In this document: piece by piece, positions 11,017 through 21,313 of the stretch | Position numbering within the stretch: the stretch's first letter is position 1 | How the letters are laid out: every line of letters begins with the position of its first letter | Source of the DNA: an uncultured delta proteobacterium | GTDB taxonomy: Bacteria; Desulfobacterota; RBG-13-43-22 | Length of the DNA stretch: 64,000 nucleotides | Direction: 5' to 3' | Assembly (NCBI GenBank): GCA_963802945.1 | Contig: CAWDKY010000017.1 | Span: 96,001-160,000, forward strand | Program-made: the position numbers and the translations under genes | The notes under the pieces: model-generated | The model's input: only the letters and a program-made list of their open reading frames with translations | Told to the model about the DNA's origin: nothing | Database searches by the model: none

Positions 11017-11814
11017 ACGAAGACCCGATCTCAAGGAACAGTCCTTAAAGGAGTGGGCCGATCTTTTTTCTGATCCTGGCCTCAAGCCTGTCTACTTTGG
11101 GAAAAGGGAACCTTTTTGAGCGGCCCTATTCTGTCCCTTTGCATTTAGCCCTGTGGTTGGAATTTTTTCTGATCGCCGGAGAGGAACCGGTGAAAGGAAA
11201 GTGGTCCTTGTTGCCCTTGGAGGAGCAGACCGATTTAGGGATTGAACTGCTCAAATGCTATCTCTTCCAGCCCCTTTATATCCGGCTTTCCGAGGAAGAA
11301 AAGTCAACAGCCATAAAATCACCCCTGAGGTTGGAAAGCCAGGGGAAATTCTTTCAAGTCGAGCATGGGACCGGAACAAACCGGAAAATAGAATTATTAT
11401 ACCCCTTGGACCATCGTCGGTTCTGGCCGGATTTGTTCAGATTATTTCAGGAGGATTTTTTTTCTTCCGAAAAAGTTTTTAAGGCCCTCGAACCGGGGAT
11501 AAGCCTGACGTCTTCTTCCCGTCTGATAAAAATCAGACAACGGGCAGAAACCCTTAGCTCCTTTCTTCGTGAAAGGAAAAAACAAGGAAATTTCCACTCA
11601 TTTGCCGCCGAAAGATCAATCAAAAGCAAAAATTACCCTGGAAGATACTCCTGGGCAAACTCACGAGGAGATTCATCCCTCCAAGGAGATTGAACCCAAC
11701 ATACCGGCACCTGCGTTTTCGGACCTTCCTCCTTCCCCCCTCCTGCCATCCAGAGAAAGAAGAAGAAAACTTCACAAGAGCAGATGGAACTGTTTTAATC
11801 GAGGAATTTCTTGA
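11013..11814 (+). CDS. Hypothetical protein, probably one gene split by indels
   Basis: ATG overlaps the rfbD stop; ORFs 11097-11693 and 11569-11814 tile to the next gene. Confidence 0.45.
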
Positions 11815-12467
11815 TGAAAATTGCTGATAACCTCTATGCCTTTATCTGGCGCAATCCCCAAGACAATAATTGCAACACTTATCTGATCAAAGGATCAAAA
11901 ACGATTCTTATCGATCCGGGACACATCCATCTTTTTGATCATGTCCGGTCCGGTCTTTGGGGTTTAAACCTTACACCCGATCAGATAGATCTGATTATCA
12001 TCACCCACGCTCATCCGGATCATCTGGAAGCGGCGGTTCTTTTCAGAAAACCCACCTTATTGACTATGAGCCTGGCCGAGTTTGAGTTTATCAAACAATG
12101 GTTCGGCCGTTATGGCCAAGAGGCAGGGACTGGTTTTGAACCTGATTTCTTCTTGCAGGATGGAGAATTAAACATAGGGGACCTGAGTTTCCAGGTGATG
12201 ACAACCCCCGGGCACTCACCGGGTTCCATCTGTCTCTACTGGCCAGAGCACAAGGCCTTATTTACCGGGGATTTGATTTTCAGCCAGGGCATAGGACGGG
12301 TTGATCTTCCGGGAGGAAACGGGGGTCTTTTAAAAGAAAGCATTCTACAAATCGCCGTTCTGGATATCGAGTATTTACTCAGCGGGCATGGAGAAGTGAT
12401 CAAAGGGAAAAAGGCCGTGGAGGCCAATTTCCGGATGATAGAAAGCAGCTGGTTCGATTACCTCTGA
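11811..12467 (+). CDS. MBL-fold metallo-hydrolase (glyoxalase II-like)
   Basis: THAHPDH, TPGHSPGS, FTGD and SGHG. Confidence 0.92.
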   Translation: MMKIADNLYAFIWRNPQDNNCNTYLIKGSKTILIDPGHIHLFDHVRSGLWGLNLTPDQIDLIIITHAHPDHLEAAVLFRKPTLLTMSLAEFEFIKQWFGRYGQEAGTGFEPDFFLQDGELNIGDLSFQVMTTPGHSPGSICLYWPEHKALFTGDLIFSQGIGRVDLPGGNGGLLKESILQIAVLDIEYLLSGHGEVIKGKKAVEANFRMIESSWFDYL

Positions 12468-12612
12468 TGGCTTCGTAAAAAGGCCATCTACTTTGTTGCA
12501 CAGCGCCCTTTCCCGGCTTTCGCCGGGGCAGGCTTATTGCAGCGTACGAATAAGTACGCCTCACTCCTCAGGGCTTGTGCGCCTCGCCTCTGGACCTTTT
12601 TACAAAGCCATC
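12466..12612. mobile_element. Non-autonomous MITE-like element
   Basis: Ends gatggcttcgtaaaaagg / cctttttacaaagccatc; related ends at 57512-57704. Confidence 0.7.
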
Positions 12613-12622
12613 CCGATTTTGA

Positions 12623-12928
12623 ATTATTAAGGCTCTCAAAATAATATCAACATAATAGGACCTGGGGTCTTTTTGGGGGGGTTGTCCAAAGGGTAACATA
12701 TCGCGCCCTATCCCGGCCCGTCCAGCAAAGTTTGATTCGAGGCAGGACATACACCCTAGCCCGTTTCCAGCTCAGGTGAAGGCCTGCTTCTGATTTAGTT
12801 AAATAATTGGCCCGGCAAAGAAGCCCCCAGATTCAGGGTGGACAACCCCCCCCCAAAAGACCCCAGGTCCTATGTTAGGCAAGCCCATCCGCTTCATATC
12901 AAGATTATTATGAGACCCTTAATAATCA
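12623..12928. mobile_element. Nested MITE-like element with two pairs of inverted repeats
   Basis: Outer attattaaggctctca..ataat / attattatgagacccttaataat; inner taggacctggggtcttttt-G-run-ttgtcca / tggacaa-C-run-aaaagaccccaggtccta. Confidence 0.7.
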
Positions 12929-12938
12929 ACCGCTTTTA

Positions 12939-13442
12939 TTAAAGACCAACCAGTTTTTCTTTACAGACCTGTTTTTCCTGACCATAAAAACTCTTCCAGG
13001 CGGGATCGCGGTCCACATTGGGAATAACTGCCGGGCCTGAAATCCCTTGAACTGACAAATCCTTTTTCAAAAGATCTGCCTGGCGGTCCTTCCCCTCGTT
13101 CACTTTTTGGTTGAATGCCTCCAGAATTTTCATATAGGGCTTGCCTGATATTTTCAGGAGTTCGTTGATTAATTGAAATCTTTTTTCGTTATCCCCTTCA
13201 GGTTCCAACCCATTGATTAATTCCCATTTTAAAAATTTTTCCCATTTCGAAGGGTATTCCTTGCTTAAAAGTTCGCTCTTGAGCTTATCCATATCCACCC
13301 GATCGTCCAAAAATTTTTGAATCAAACCTTTAGCTTTTTTCAGCCATTCCTCCCGACGGATCCCTTCTTTTTCTTGCGGACTCATGGTTAAGCCCTTGGT
13401 CTTTTCCATGATTAGATCCAAGGTGCTTTTAATCTCGGCCAT
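12939..13442 (-). CDS. Conserved hypothetical protein (MAEIKSTLDLIMEKT type)
   Basis: Clean 167-aa ORF with aggtgg RBS. Confidence 0.7.
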   Translation of the reverse strand: MAEIKSTLDLIMEKTKGLTMSPQEKEGIRREEWLKKAKGLIQKFLDDRVDMDKLKSELLSKEYPSKWEKFLKWELINGLEPEGDNEKRFQLINELLKISGKPYMKILEAFNQKVNEGKDRQADLLKKDLSVQGISGPAVIPNVDRDPAWKSFYGQEKQVCKEKLVGL

Positions 13443-13627
13443 TAACCACCTATCTCAAAATGAAAGTTTAGTAATTTCTCTCGTTTTGCTTTTTTACAAT
13501 GTTTAGAATTCAGAAGTCAGGAGTCAGAAGCTAGAATGAATCATTTTAAATCTCTTAAAGGATTTTTCCTTATTCTGGATTCTGGATTTCCATTTTTTTG
13601 TTTCTCTCGTCGCCCGTCAATATTTCA

Positions 13628-14203
13628 TTAAGCATGTCCGACGGTTTCACCCAGCAGGCTGATGTCGATGCCAAGTAGTTTAGCAGACTGTTCCCAACGG
13701 TTTTCCGCCTGGGTCTTAAAAAGGATAGTTTCATTCACCGGGCTGGTCAGCCAGGCATTAGCCATGATTTCCGATTCTAACTGTCCTGGTCCCCAGCCAG
13801 CGCAACCCAAAGCGAAAATAAACTGACCTGGTCCTTTCCCTCGGGAGAGGGATTCTAGGATGTCTTTGGAGTTGCTCAAGGCCAGTGAAGGAGTTACCGG
13901 GTGGAAGCCCTCCCATTTAAAAGGTAGCCCATGGAGTATGAAGATCTGTCCTTTATGCACCGGGCCGCCTAAGTAGACTGGACTGGAATCCATATCAGGA
14001 CTGGATTCCAGCCCAAGTTCCTGAAAAACCGTCCCGCAGGTCAAATCAGGTAAAATCCGGTTTATGACCAATCCCAAGGCTCCTTCGAGGGAATGTTCAC
14101 ATATGCAGATTACGGATTGAAAAAAATTCGGGTCTAACAGACTGGGCATGGCAATGAGGAAATGGCCTTTAAGAGAAGATTCAGTTTCTTTTTTCCAACT
14201 CAT
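13628..14203 (-). CDS. YqgE/AlgH family protein
   Basis: FLIAMPSLLDPNF, GGPV, GCAGWGPGQLESE and GHA terminus. Confidence 0.92.
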   Translation of the reverse strand: MSWKKETESSLKGHFLIAMPSLLDPNFFQSVICICEHSLEGALGLVINRILPDLTCGTVFQELGLESSPDMDSSPVYLGGPVHKGQIFILHGLPFKWEGFHPVTPSLALSNSKDILESLSRGKGPGQFIFALGCAGWGPGQLESEIMANAWLTSPVNETILFKTQAENRWEQSAKLLGIDISLLGETVGHA

Positions 14204-14572
14204 GGGGTCTCCAATGTAGGGTTTTTCTCAAGAGTAGAGTAGTCGCTTTGGGTCATCTCCGGGTCAAATCTTGAATAATGAGGTTCTTCTTGCCATTTAG
14301 TTGGTAGAAAGGAATCAAGGATTCAAAAGGTTAGATTAATCCTCGAACCTTCGAAGCCTCCTGGAATCGCCAACTCTTTTTAGATTAGAGATGATCTTTA
14401 ATTAATAACTAAACTCTTGCACTAATAACGAGGGATGTTTCCTTTTAAGATTGATGTCAAAATGAATTATGTTAACTATCCAGCTCATGTCTCCCAACTA
14501 CAACATTTCTCAGTTAAATCATTATATCTCACAAAATGATTTATCACTATTAGGCGGGTTTAATAGGGCCCG

Positions 14573-15487
14573 TTATATGGATTTTAATTTTTTCTGTGCC
14601 AGCTTGGCCCGACCGGATTTGGGGAATTCCTTGATGATTTTCTCCAGAAGGAGCCGGGCACTGCCGGTATCCTTCAAAGCGATGAAAGACAGGGCCTGCT
14701 TATACAGGGCTTCAGAAATAAACTTACTTTTAGGATAGGACTTGATTAATTTTTGATAGGCCAGAATGGCCTCTTCGTACTCTTTACTCCCGTAAAGAGA
14801 TTCGGCCAACCCGAATCGGGATTCTTCAACCTTTTTGCCTTTTGGAGCTTTTTTTAAATAGTCTTCATATTTTTTTTGGGCTCCTTCATAGGCCTGTTTT
14901 TTTAATAAGGCCGCGGCTTCCTCGTAGATTTCTTCCGGCGTTGTCTTGGCCTTCTCTTTTTCTTTAACCGGCTCTTTAACTTCCTTTTGATCCTCTTTGG
15001 AATCTCGGGTTATTTCTTTGGCCTTTTCCGGTTTAGACCCCGGTTCGGTGGGCGGTACCGGGGGGGTTGGAGGAGGAGGAAGAGGCGGCGGCATTTTTTC
15101 CAGACGTTGCAGTCGGTCTTGGAGGTCTTTCAGATCCTTGGGCAGAGATTCGCTTAGCTGCGCCTGCTCCTTTTTTTGGCTGTGTTCAAGGGCTTCGATA
15201 CGGCCCTGAAGGATCTGGATCTGCGCTTTGAGGGATTCAAACTGAATCGTGGAATCGGCTTGATTTTGGAGGACTGGTTGCAACTGGGAATCCGTTTTTT
15301 TTTCGGTTTGTTCTATGCGTCGGGAAAGCTTGGTTGTTGTTTCTTCATTCGAATCTCTAAATTGATACAGATTCCGTTCCAAAGAAGAGGTCCTGTTGGC
15401 CAGGATAATAATATCTTCCCTGGTGGCACAACCGGCCAGAATCATGAAAAGAAAACCAATCCACATCAGCCGATATAGAAACTTCAC
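14573..15487 (-). CDS. cpoB: Tol-Pal system coiled-coil/TPR protein CpoB (YbgF), lipoprotein form
   Basis: LAGC lipobox, coiled coil, Pro-rich linker and TPRs; follows pal; GTG at 15487 has a gggagg RBS (the longer ORF start lies in a repeat). Confidence 0.88.
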   Translation of the reverse strand: MKFLYRLMWIGFLFMILAGCATREDIIILANRTSSLERNLYQFRDSNEETTTKLSRRIEQTEKKTDSQLQPVLQNQADSTIQFESLKAQIQILQGRIEALEHSQKKEQAQLSESLPKDLKDLQDRLQRLEKMPPPLPPPPTPPVPPTEPGSKPEKAKEITRDSKEDQKEVKEPVKEKEKAKTTPEEIYEEAAALLKKQAYEGAQKKYEDYLKKAPKGKKVEESRFGLAESLYGSKEYEEAILAYQKLIKSYPKSKFISEALYKQALSFIALKDTGSARLLLEKIIKEFPKSGRAKLAQKKLKSI

Positions 15488-15666
15488 GCTTAAACCTCCC
15501 TTTCCAACGACAATAGGGTCAAGTATTCGAGGATTCAAGGGGGTTTTAATTTCCAAGACTTTCACTCGAATCCCTGACCCCTAGGCCCTTTGAATCCTTC
15601 GATTCATTATCATGTTTCATGGCCCCAACTTCAGACGGGCATAAGAGTTAGATACGAAAAAACATT

Positions 15667-16257
15667 TTATTTTAATACAAAATGAGCCCGGCGATTTTTA
15701 GCCCAAGCGGCTTCTGTGTGCCCTAGGTCTATAGGTTTTTCCTTGCCGAAACTGATGGTTGACAATCGGTTGGCGCTGATCCCCAGGGACACCAAGTACT
15801 GCATGGCCGCATCGGCCCTTTTCTGCCCCAGGGCCAGGTTATATTCGGCGCTTCCCCTTTCGTCACAATGGCCTTCGATCAATGCCTTGGCCGCCGGGAA
15901 GTCTTTTAACCACTGGGCTTTTTTATTTAAATTTTGTTTGGCCGTATCCGATAAGATATACTGATCAAATTCAAAATAGATATCCTCGGATTCAAAATGG
16001 GCCTTATCAGAGGCTGCCTGCAAACGCTTAGCCTCTTCTTCTCTCAGGGCTCTTTCCCTCAACTCCTGTTCGGAAAGTTCCTGTTCTTTAATACGTACCC
16101 GTTTCTTGGCCTTTTCCGCCTCATCCTCCACGGCGGTGGGGGGCTGGGAAACAATCCCTTCGCTTTTGACCGCCTTTTTACTGCAAGAATAAAGAAAAAG
16201 ACTGGAAATAAAAAACACCAAGATCAATGCCCAAAAACCGGTTTGTTTTGCCTTCAC
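15667..16257 (-). CDS. pal: Peptidoglycan-associated lipoprotein
   Basis: IYFEFD, IEGHCDERGSAEYNLALG and NRRA. Confidence 0.96.
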   Translation of the reverse strand: MKAKQTGFWALILVFFISSLFLYSCSKKAVKSEGIVSQPPTAVEDEAEKAKKRVRIKEQELSEQELRERALREEEAKRLQAASDKAHFESEDIYFEFDQYILSDTAKQNLNKKAQWLKDFPAAKALIEGHCDERGSAEYNLALGQKRADAAMQYLVSLGISANRLSTISFGKEKPIDLGHTEAAWAKNRRAHFVLK

Positions 16258-16355
16258 AGTGCCATCCTCCTTTTGGAATAAAAATTAACTGATTGTATCT
16301 CATTTTAGGAAGAAATTATAGTTAAAAAGTTTAAAAATGTTAAAAAAAGATAGTC

Positions 16356-17675
16356 CTATTCACCCAATTTTCTGGGACACCAGGAAGGGCTGGTTTGTTC
16401 TCCGGACAAATAAGTGATCCGCTTTTGATTGGCTCCATTGGTATTCATGACATAAATAGCCGACTTGCCGTGCCTGTTGGAACTGAAAATGATCATCCCG
16501 CCATCCGGAGAGAAGTCTGGGGACTCGTTGTTTCCCGAAGCGGTCAGCCGTTGGGGGTCACCGCCGGAAGGAGAAATAGTAAAAATCTGGAATTGACTTC
16601 CAACCCTACCAGCATAGGCGATCAGATTACCTTTGGGGGACCATACCGGGCCGACGTTATAATTGCCTTGAAATGTTAGCCGCCTTACTTCAAGTGTAGC
16701 GACATTCAAAATATAAATCTGTGGGCTCCCGGAGCGGTTGGAGACAAAAGCCATTTGTTTCCCATCCGGAGACCAGCTCGGGGAGACTTCTATGCCCCAG
16801 CTTTGAGTTAATTTTCGGATAGAGGTCCCATTACGATTCAGGTGAAGGATTTGGGAAGTACCTTGATAATTCAAGGCAACGGCTAAAGATTCTCCGTCCG
16901 GATACCAGGCAGGGGTGATATTGACCCCGGGATGGCTCGATATCCTGCTGGATTGCAGCCCTGGGAGATGAAGCAGATATACGACCGGGGTTCCGTCCTT
17001 GTAGGAGGTGTAGGCAATCTCGTCGCCTCGAGGAGACCAGCGGGGGGTCAGGGTGATGGAATTGTGATTGGTTAAACGTTGGGAATTACTTCCGTCAAAA
17101 TCTGCGGAATAGATTTCTTTTTTCCCGGTTGTGGTGGAGATAAAGGCGATCTTTGTTTGGAACGGGCCATGTTCTCCGGTCAGCAGGAACAGGATCTCGT
17201 CGGCAAAACGATGGATCGCCAACGGGTAATCCCTGGATGAAACCTGATATTCTTTTCCCAATATAGACTTGCCCTGCAGGAGGTCATACAGCCTCATTTC
17301 CAGCTTGAGTTGAGCCCCTGATAGGTAATAAGTTCCTTTAACCAATAAATCGGCACCGGTCAAAGTCCAGGCATTGAAATCTATGGATCCTGGTTCGTCG
17401 GGGCGTCCCAGAAATCCCTTGGGATCGATTGTTTGAAAATAGCCTGTAAAAACAAGATCCCGCATCAAGAGGGATGCAGTTGCATTTCCCAAGGCGGCAT
17501 CCAAAGCCCCTTGATTTTTAAAATCCGGAATGACAATCGGGATTTTTTTTGCAGTGGGAGAATCGATGTTGAGATAAACCCGGTCAGAATGGGCATAAGG
17601 GACAACCAAAAAGCCAAGGCCGGATATGGCCGTCAGGGCAAATATCAGGGAGAATTTCAGGATTGATTTGCACAT
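16356..17675 (-). CDS. tolB: Tol-Pal beta-propeller protein
   Basis: HRFADEI..LTG, TKIAF and PD40 repeats (PxWSPDG). Confidence 0.95.
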   Translation of the reverse strand: MCKSILKFSLIFALTAISGLGFLVVPYAHSDRVYLNIDSPTAKKIPIVIPDFKNQGALDAALGNATASLLMRDLVFTGYFQTIDPKGFLGRPDEPGSIDFNAWTLTGADLLVKGTYYLSGAQLKLEMRLYDLLQGKSILGKEYQVSSRDYPLAIHRFADEILFLLTGEHGPFQTKIAFISTTTGKKEIYSADFDGSNSQRLTNHNSITLTPRWSPRGDEIAYTSYKDGTPVVYLLHLPGLQSSRISSHPGVNITPAWYPDGESLAVALNYQGTSQILHLNRNGTSIRKLTQSWGIEVSPSWSPDGKQMAFVSNRSGSPQIYILNVATLEVRRLTFQGNYNVGPVWSPKGNLIAYAGRVGSQFQIFTISPSGGDPQRLTASGNNESPDFSPDGGMIIFSSNRHGKSAIYVMNTNGANQKRITYLSGEQTSPSWCPRKLGE

Positions 17676-18533
17676 TTAATTTCCAGACAGATCTTTGGAG
17701 TAAAAGGTTAAACCAAAATCATAACTGTTTTTAGGATAGCCTTCGGGCAAGGCTGGCAAGGGATCGGATTTTTTTAAAGTCCTAAGAACTTCCTGGTCAA
17801 AGGCCTCTATCCCGGATTTCCGTTCGAACCGATAATTTTCGATGCGGCCATTTCGGTTGATGTTAAGGATGACAACGGCTGAGATGTCTTTCCTTTTTAT
17901 TAGCCCTTCAGGTAAAACCCAATTTTTTTTAATCCGACTCAGCAAAGAGGCATGATATAACTGCAATTGAATCCCCAGACCATCCTGCAACCCTTGACCG
18001 TAAGAAGAGACGTTCCCTGGACCGCCGGGCCCTGCCCCTTGCCCGGCCGGGGAAGCCGACTGTTTTTTCTTTTCGAGTTGAGTCAAAGCCCTTTCCAGCG
18101 TTTGTTCATTTTTGACCTTGTCTTCCAGCCGGCCTAAGGTCTTTCCCAGGGATTTTTCCTGTTGGACCTTTTTCTTCAATTGTTCCATGGCCTGATCTAA
18201 AGTCTTTGACCGGTCTTCAACCTTAAGAGGTTTTTCCTGAACCGGCTTGGGGATGGAGACGGGTTTGGATTCTTCCCGGGAGAAAGGCGGAGAAGGGGCT
18301 ACGATGGGTTGTTCTGATTTTTGAATACTGCCGATCGGTCCACTGCCGGGCAAGGAGACCAAATTAACAATATAGGACGGCTCTATTTTTTTGGCTGTGC
18401 CCCCCCCTCCTGGAAAAATATTCAGGAAGATGGCCAGGGCGAAAAGGTGAAGGCCAAGAGAAATGGAAATCATCTTCATCCATTGTTTTTCCCAGGAAGG
18501 TCTATTCCAGGAAGAAAACGTCTTGACGGTCAT
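17676..18533 (-). CDS. tolA: TolA/TonB-family protein
   Basis: SxxxH transmembrane helix, helical linker and C-terminal IKKNW..SG..AFD; lies between tolR and tolB. Confidence 0.8.
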   Translation of the reverse strand: MTVKTFSSWNRPSWEKQWMKMISISLGLHLFALAIFLNIFPGGGGTAKKIEPSYIVNLVSLPGSGPIGSIQKSEQPIVAPSPPFSREESKPVSIPKPVQEKPLKVEDRSKTLDQAMEQLKKKVQQEKSLGKTLGRLEDKVKNEQTLERALTQLEKKKQSASPAGQGAGPGGPGNVSSYGQGLQDGLGIQLQLYHASLLSRIKKNWVLPEGLIKRKDISAVVILNINRNGRIENYRFERKSGIEAFDQEVLRTLKKSDPLPALPEGYPKNSYDFGLTFYSKDLSGN

Positions 18534-18943
18534 TTCTTTTCTTCAGTTGGCTCGGTTACCATGCCCAGTTTCTCAATGCCTGAATTCTTAATGTCGCTCA
18601 TGATTTGAACGACAAAACCGTAGGGAAGGGATCGGTCGGCCCGCAAAAAGACCTCCCCCTCTTTTTTATTTTGATAAAGAATCTTTAATTTTTCCTGCAG
18701 TTCCTCGCGACTGACCCGGTATTCATTGATAAAGATTTCCTGTTTTTTGTTCAGCGTGATGACCAGCCGTTCATCCTGAGAGGGGATGGCTTTGGCTTGG
18801 GTTTGGGGGAGTTGGACATCCATGCCCTGCATCATCATCGGCGCCGTTACCATAAAGATGATCAGCAGGACCAGCATAACGTCCACCAGAGGCGTTACAT
18901 TGATCTCCGACATTAATTTTCTATCGCCGCCGCCGACATCCAT
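18530..18943 (-). CDS. tolR: TolR
   Basis: SEINVTPLVDVMLVLLIIFMVTAP and LRAD. Confidence 0.93.
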   Translation of the reverse strand: MDVGGGDRKLMSEINVTPLVDVMLVLLIIFMVTAPMMMQGMDVQLPQTQAKAIPSQDERLVITLNKKQEIFINEYRVSREELQEKLKILYQNKKEGEVFLRADRSLPYGFVVQIMSDIKNSGIEKLGMVTEPTEEKK

Positions 18944-18954
18944 AATGCTGCCCC

Positions 18955-19692
18955 TTATTTTTTTAGGCCTGCCTTTTTAAACTGGTCCCTCTCGATAATG
19001 TTCAAAAAATCGGAACTAAAAGTTATTCATCTCCGATTCCAGAACACGAACCTGATTGGAAAAATAGTTATAGCCGATCACCGCTGGGATGGCGGCCGCC
19101 AGACCGGTGGCCGTGGCGATCAGGGCCTCGGAGATCCCCGGAGCGACCACCGCCAGACTGGCCCCCCCTCGAAGACCAATACTCTGAAAGGAATTCATGA
19201 TGCCCCAGACCGTGCCGAAAAGCCCGATGAAAGGAGAAGTATTTCCCGTAGTGGCCAGGAAGGTCAGGGCATATCCCAACCGGGTGACCTGAGAATTCAT
19301 GGCCGCCCGCATGGCTCGAGGGATATTTTCAAAGCGGACCAGACTAGTGGAAAGGATATCCGGTGCTTCTCTTTGGGTGATCTCTTCGGTTTCCTGCTGC
19401 ATTTGTAAAGCCTTCCCAATTCTTGATAACCGACTCGAAAAACCTCAGCCACGGGACTGTAGTGAAGGTTTTTGGATTCCATGTAGGCCACGGCCAGACT
19501 TTTACTTTTCCAGAAAATCTCCTGAAAGAGGTTGGTCTCCTTTCTAGCCCTGTGGATAATCCGGTATTTCATAAAAATGATCGACCAGGAGATGATGGAA
19601 AAGGATAAAAGCAAAAAAAGGACCAGTTTGACCATTGGTCCGGCATTCCAAACCATGGAAAATATTTCGTTTTGATTAATCATCGAACTCAT
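18955..19692 (-). CDS. tolQ: TolQ (two indels)
   Basis: SPFIGLFGTVWGIM and APGISEALIATA; tail SSDFLNIIER in another frame. Confidence 0.9.
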
Positions 19693-19893
19693 GCGATTCC
19701 TTTTCTTTATAAACTTTTATTTTCTCTCCTTTGATGCCCAAAGAATGAAGCCCTAAGGAAGAAAGGAAGGGATGCTGATATTATTGATTGGCGGAAGTCT
19801 CCTTTTGAATAACCGGATAGAGTTCCCGAAAGAGGATGGGTTCCAAAAAGACAACACCGGGTTTCATGATTCCCTGGTGGGCGCAAAAAAATA

Positions 19894-20319
19894 TTATTCT
19901 TCCTCTTCCTCCTCCTCTATCGGCTCCTCTCCGATAATCTCCTTAAGGTATTCATCATATTCTTCGGCTGTCAGCAGTTCATAATATTCCGTCGTGGACG
20001 TGACATCGATTCGAATGATCCAACCGTCTTGATAGGGGTCTTCATTGATGATTTCCGGGGAGTCCGGAAGTTCATGGTTGATTTCGACAATTTCCCCGCT
20101 CAAAGGAGAAAAGAGATCAATCCCTCCATCTTGAGATTCTAATGAACCAAAAGATTCGTCTTTGACCACTTCCTCCCCTTCTTCAGGAAGGGTAATCCCG
20201 GAAATTTCTCCCAGATCTTCCTGGGCATAATCGCTGATTCCGATGGTGATACGGTTGTCGTCATCCAAGCGTGCCCAGGCATGATCCTTACTGTATCTTA
20301 GCTCTTCTAAGATAACCAA
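19894..20319 (-). CDS. GcvH-like protein lacking the lipoyl-lysine
   Basis: YSKDHAW, IGISDYAQEDLG, SPLSGEIVEIN and INEDPY.DGW; ESQDG stands in place of ESVKA. Confidence 0.85.
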   Translation of the reverse strand: MVILEELRYSKDHAWARLDDDNRITIGISDYAQEDLGEISGITLPEEGEEVVKDESFGSLESQDGGIDLFSPLSGEIVEINHELPDSPEIINEDPYQDGWIIRIDVTSTTEYYELLTAEEYDEYLKEIIGEEPIEEEEEEE

Positions 20320-20540
20320 AATGGTCCCCCTTGTTCCAGTGATTTAGGATCTTTTCTCCTCTTGATTCTTTAGAATTAAATTATTTTTATTATTAACCCC
20401 TCATTTCCGCTTAATGACTGGGGCGCAGAGGAACATAAAAATTATTCTAAGGATTTAAGTCCCGCCACCGGCGGGATCGAACCCTATTTTCTTATTAAAT
20501 TGAGGTCTAATATAACCAAGTAAAATTAGCAAGTTTTTTT

Positions 20541-21311
20541 TTAGCTGGGAGGGATTTTTTTGTTCTTTAAATAACAAGCTGAGATCATTGAAAAAAAGAC
20601 TAAGAAAATACTGATATATTGCGTATCGGACCAACCTCCCCCCAAAAGAGTTCCCCGATAATCTCCCCTGAAAAATTCCAAGGCCCAACGCCCGAGACCG
20701 TATAAAAAAAGATAAAAAAGGAGGACCCGTCCCGGGAATCCTGGCCTATTCTTAAGAAACCATAAAATAAAAAAAATAATCAGGGCGGTTAGGGCCTCAT
20801 AAAGCTGTGTGGGGTGCAGTGCAATTCCGGTCGGGGCCAAGGAATCGGGATGAGTGAAAATGACTCCCCAGGGCAGGTTGGTTGGCTGTCCAAAGCAGCA
20901 ACCGGCAGCGAAGCAGCCCAGGCGGCCGAACACCTGGCCAATGGCGATGGAAGGGGCCAGCAGATCGGCTGTTTCCCAGAAAGGCAGTTTCTGTTTCCGT
21001 AGGTACCAAAGACCGGTCAGAAAGGAAAGGATCAATCCCCCATAAAAGACCAGGCCTCCTTCCCAGATCTTGAAAAAGTCCAAGGGGTGTTTAAGATAAT
21101 GTTGATAATTGATTACTACATAGAGGAGTCGCGCCCCAACGATGGCTGAAAGGATGACATAAAAGGAAAGGTCCAGGATTTTTTCAATCGGGATCCCTTT
21201 TCGACGGGTCTCTTTGACAGCCAGTCCTATACCCAGCAGAAAACCGACTGCAATAAAAAGGCCGTAACTGTGAAAAGAAAAACTTCCGAGTTGAAAAAGG
21301 ATCGGGAACAC
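20541..21311 (-). CDS. lgt: Prolipoprotein diacylglyceryl transferase
   Basis: GARLLYV, EGGLVFYGG, GRLGCF, HPTQLYE and EFFR. Confidence 0.95.
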   Translation of the reverse strand: MFPILFQLGSFSFHSYGLFIAVGFLLGIGLAVKETRRKGIPIEKILDLSFYVILSAIVGARLLYVVINYQHYLKHPLDFFKIWEGGLVFYGGLILSFLTGLWYLRKQKLPFWETADLLAPSIAIGQVFGRLGCFAAGCCFGQPTNLPWGVIFTHPDSLAPTGIALHPTQLYEALTALIIFFILWFLKNRPGFPGRVLLFYLFLYGLGRWALEFFRGDYRGTLLGGGWSDTQYISIFLVFFSMISACYLKNKKIPPS

Positions 21312-21313
21312 CT

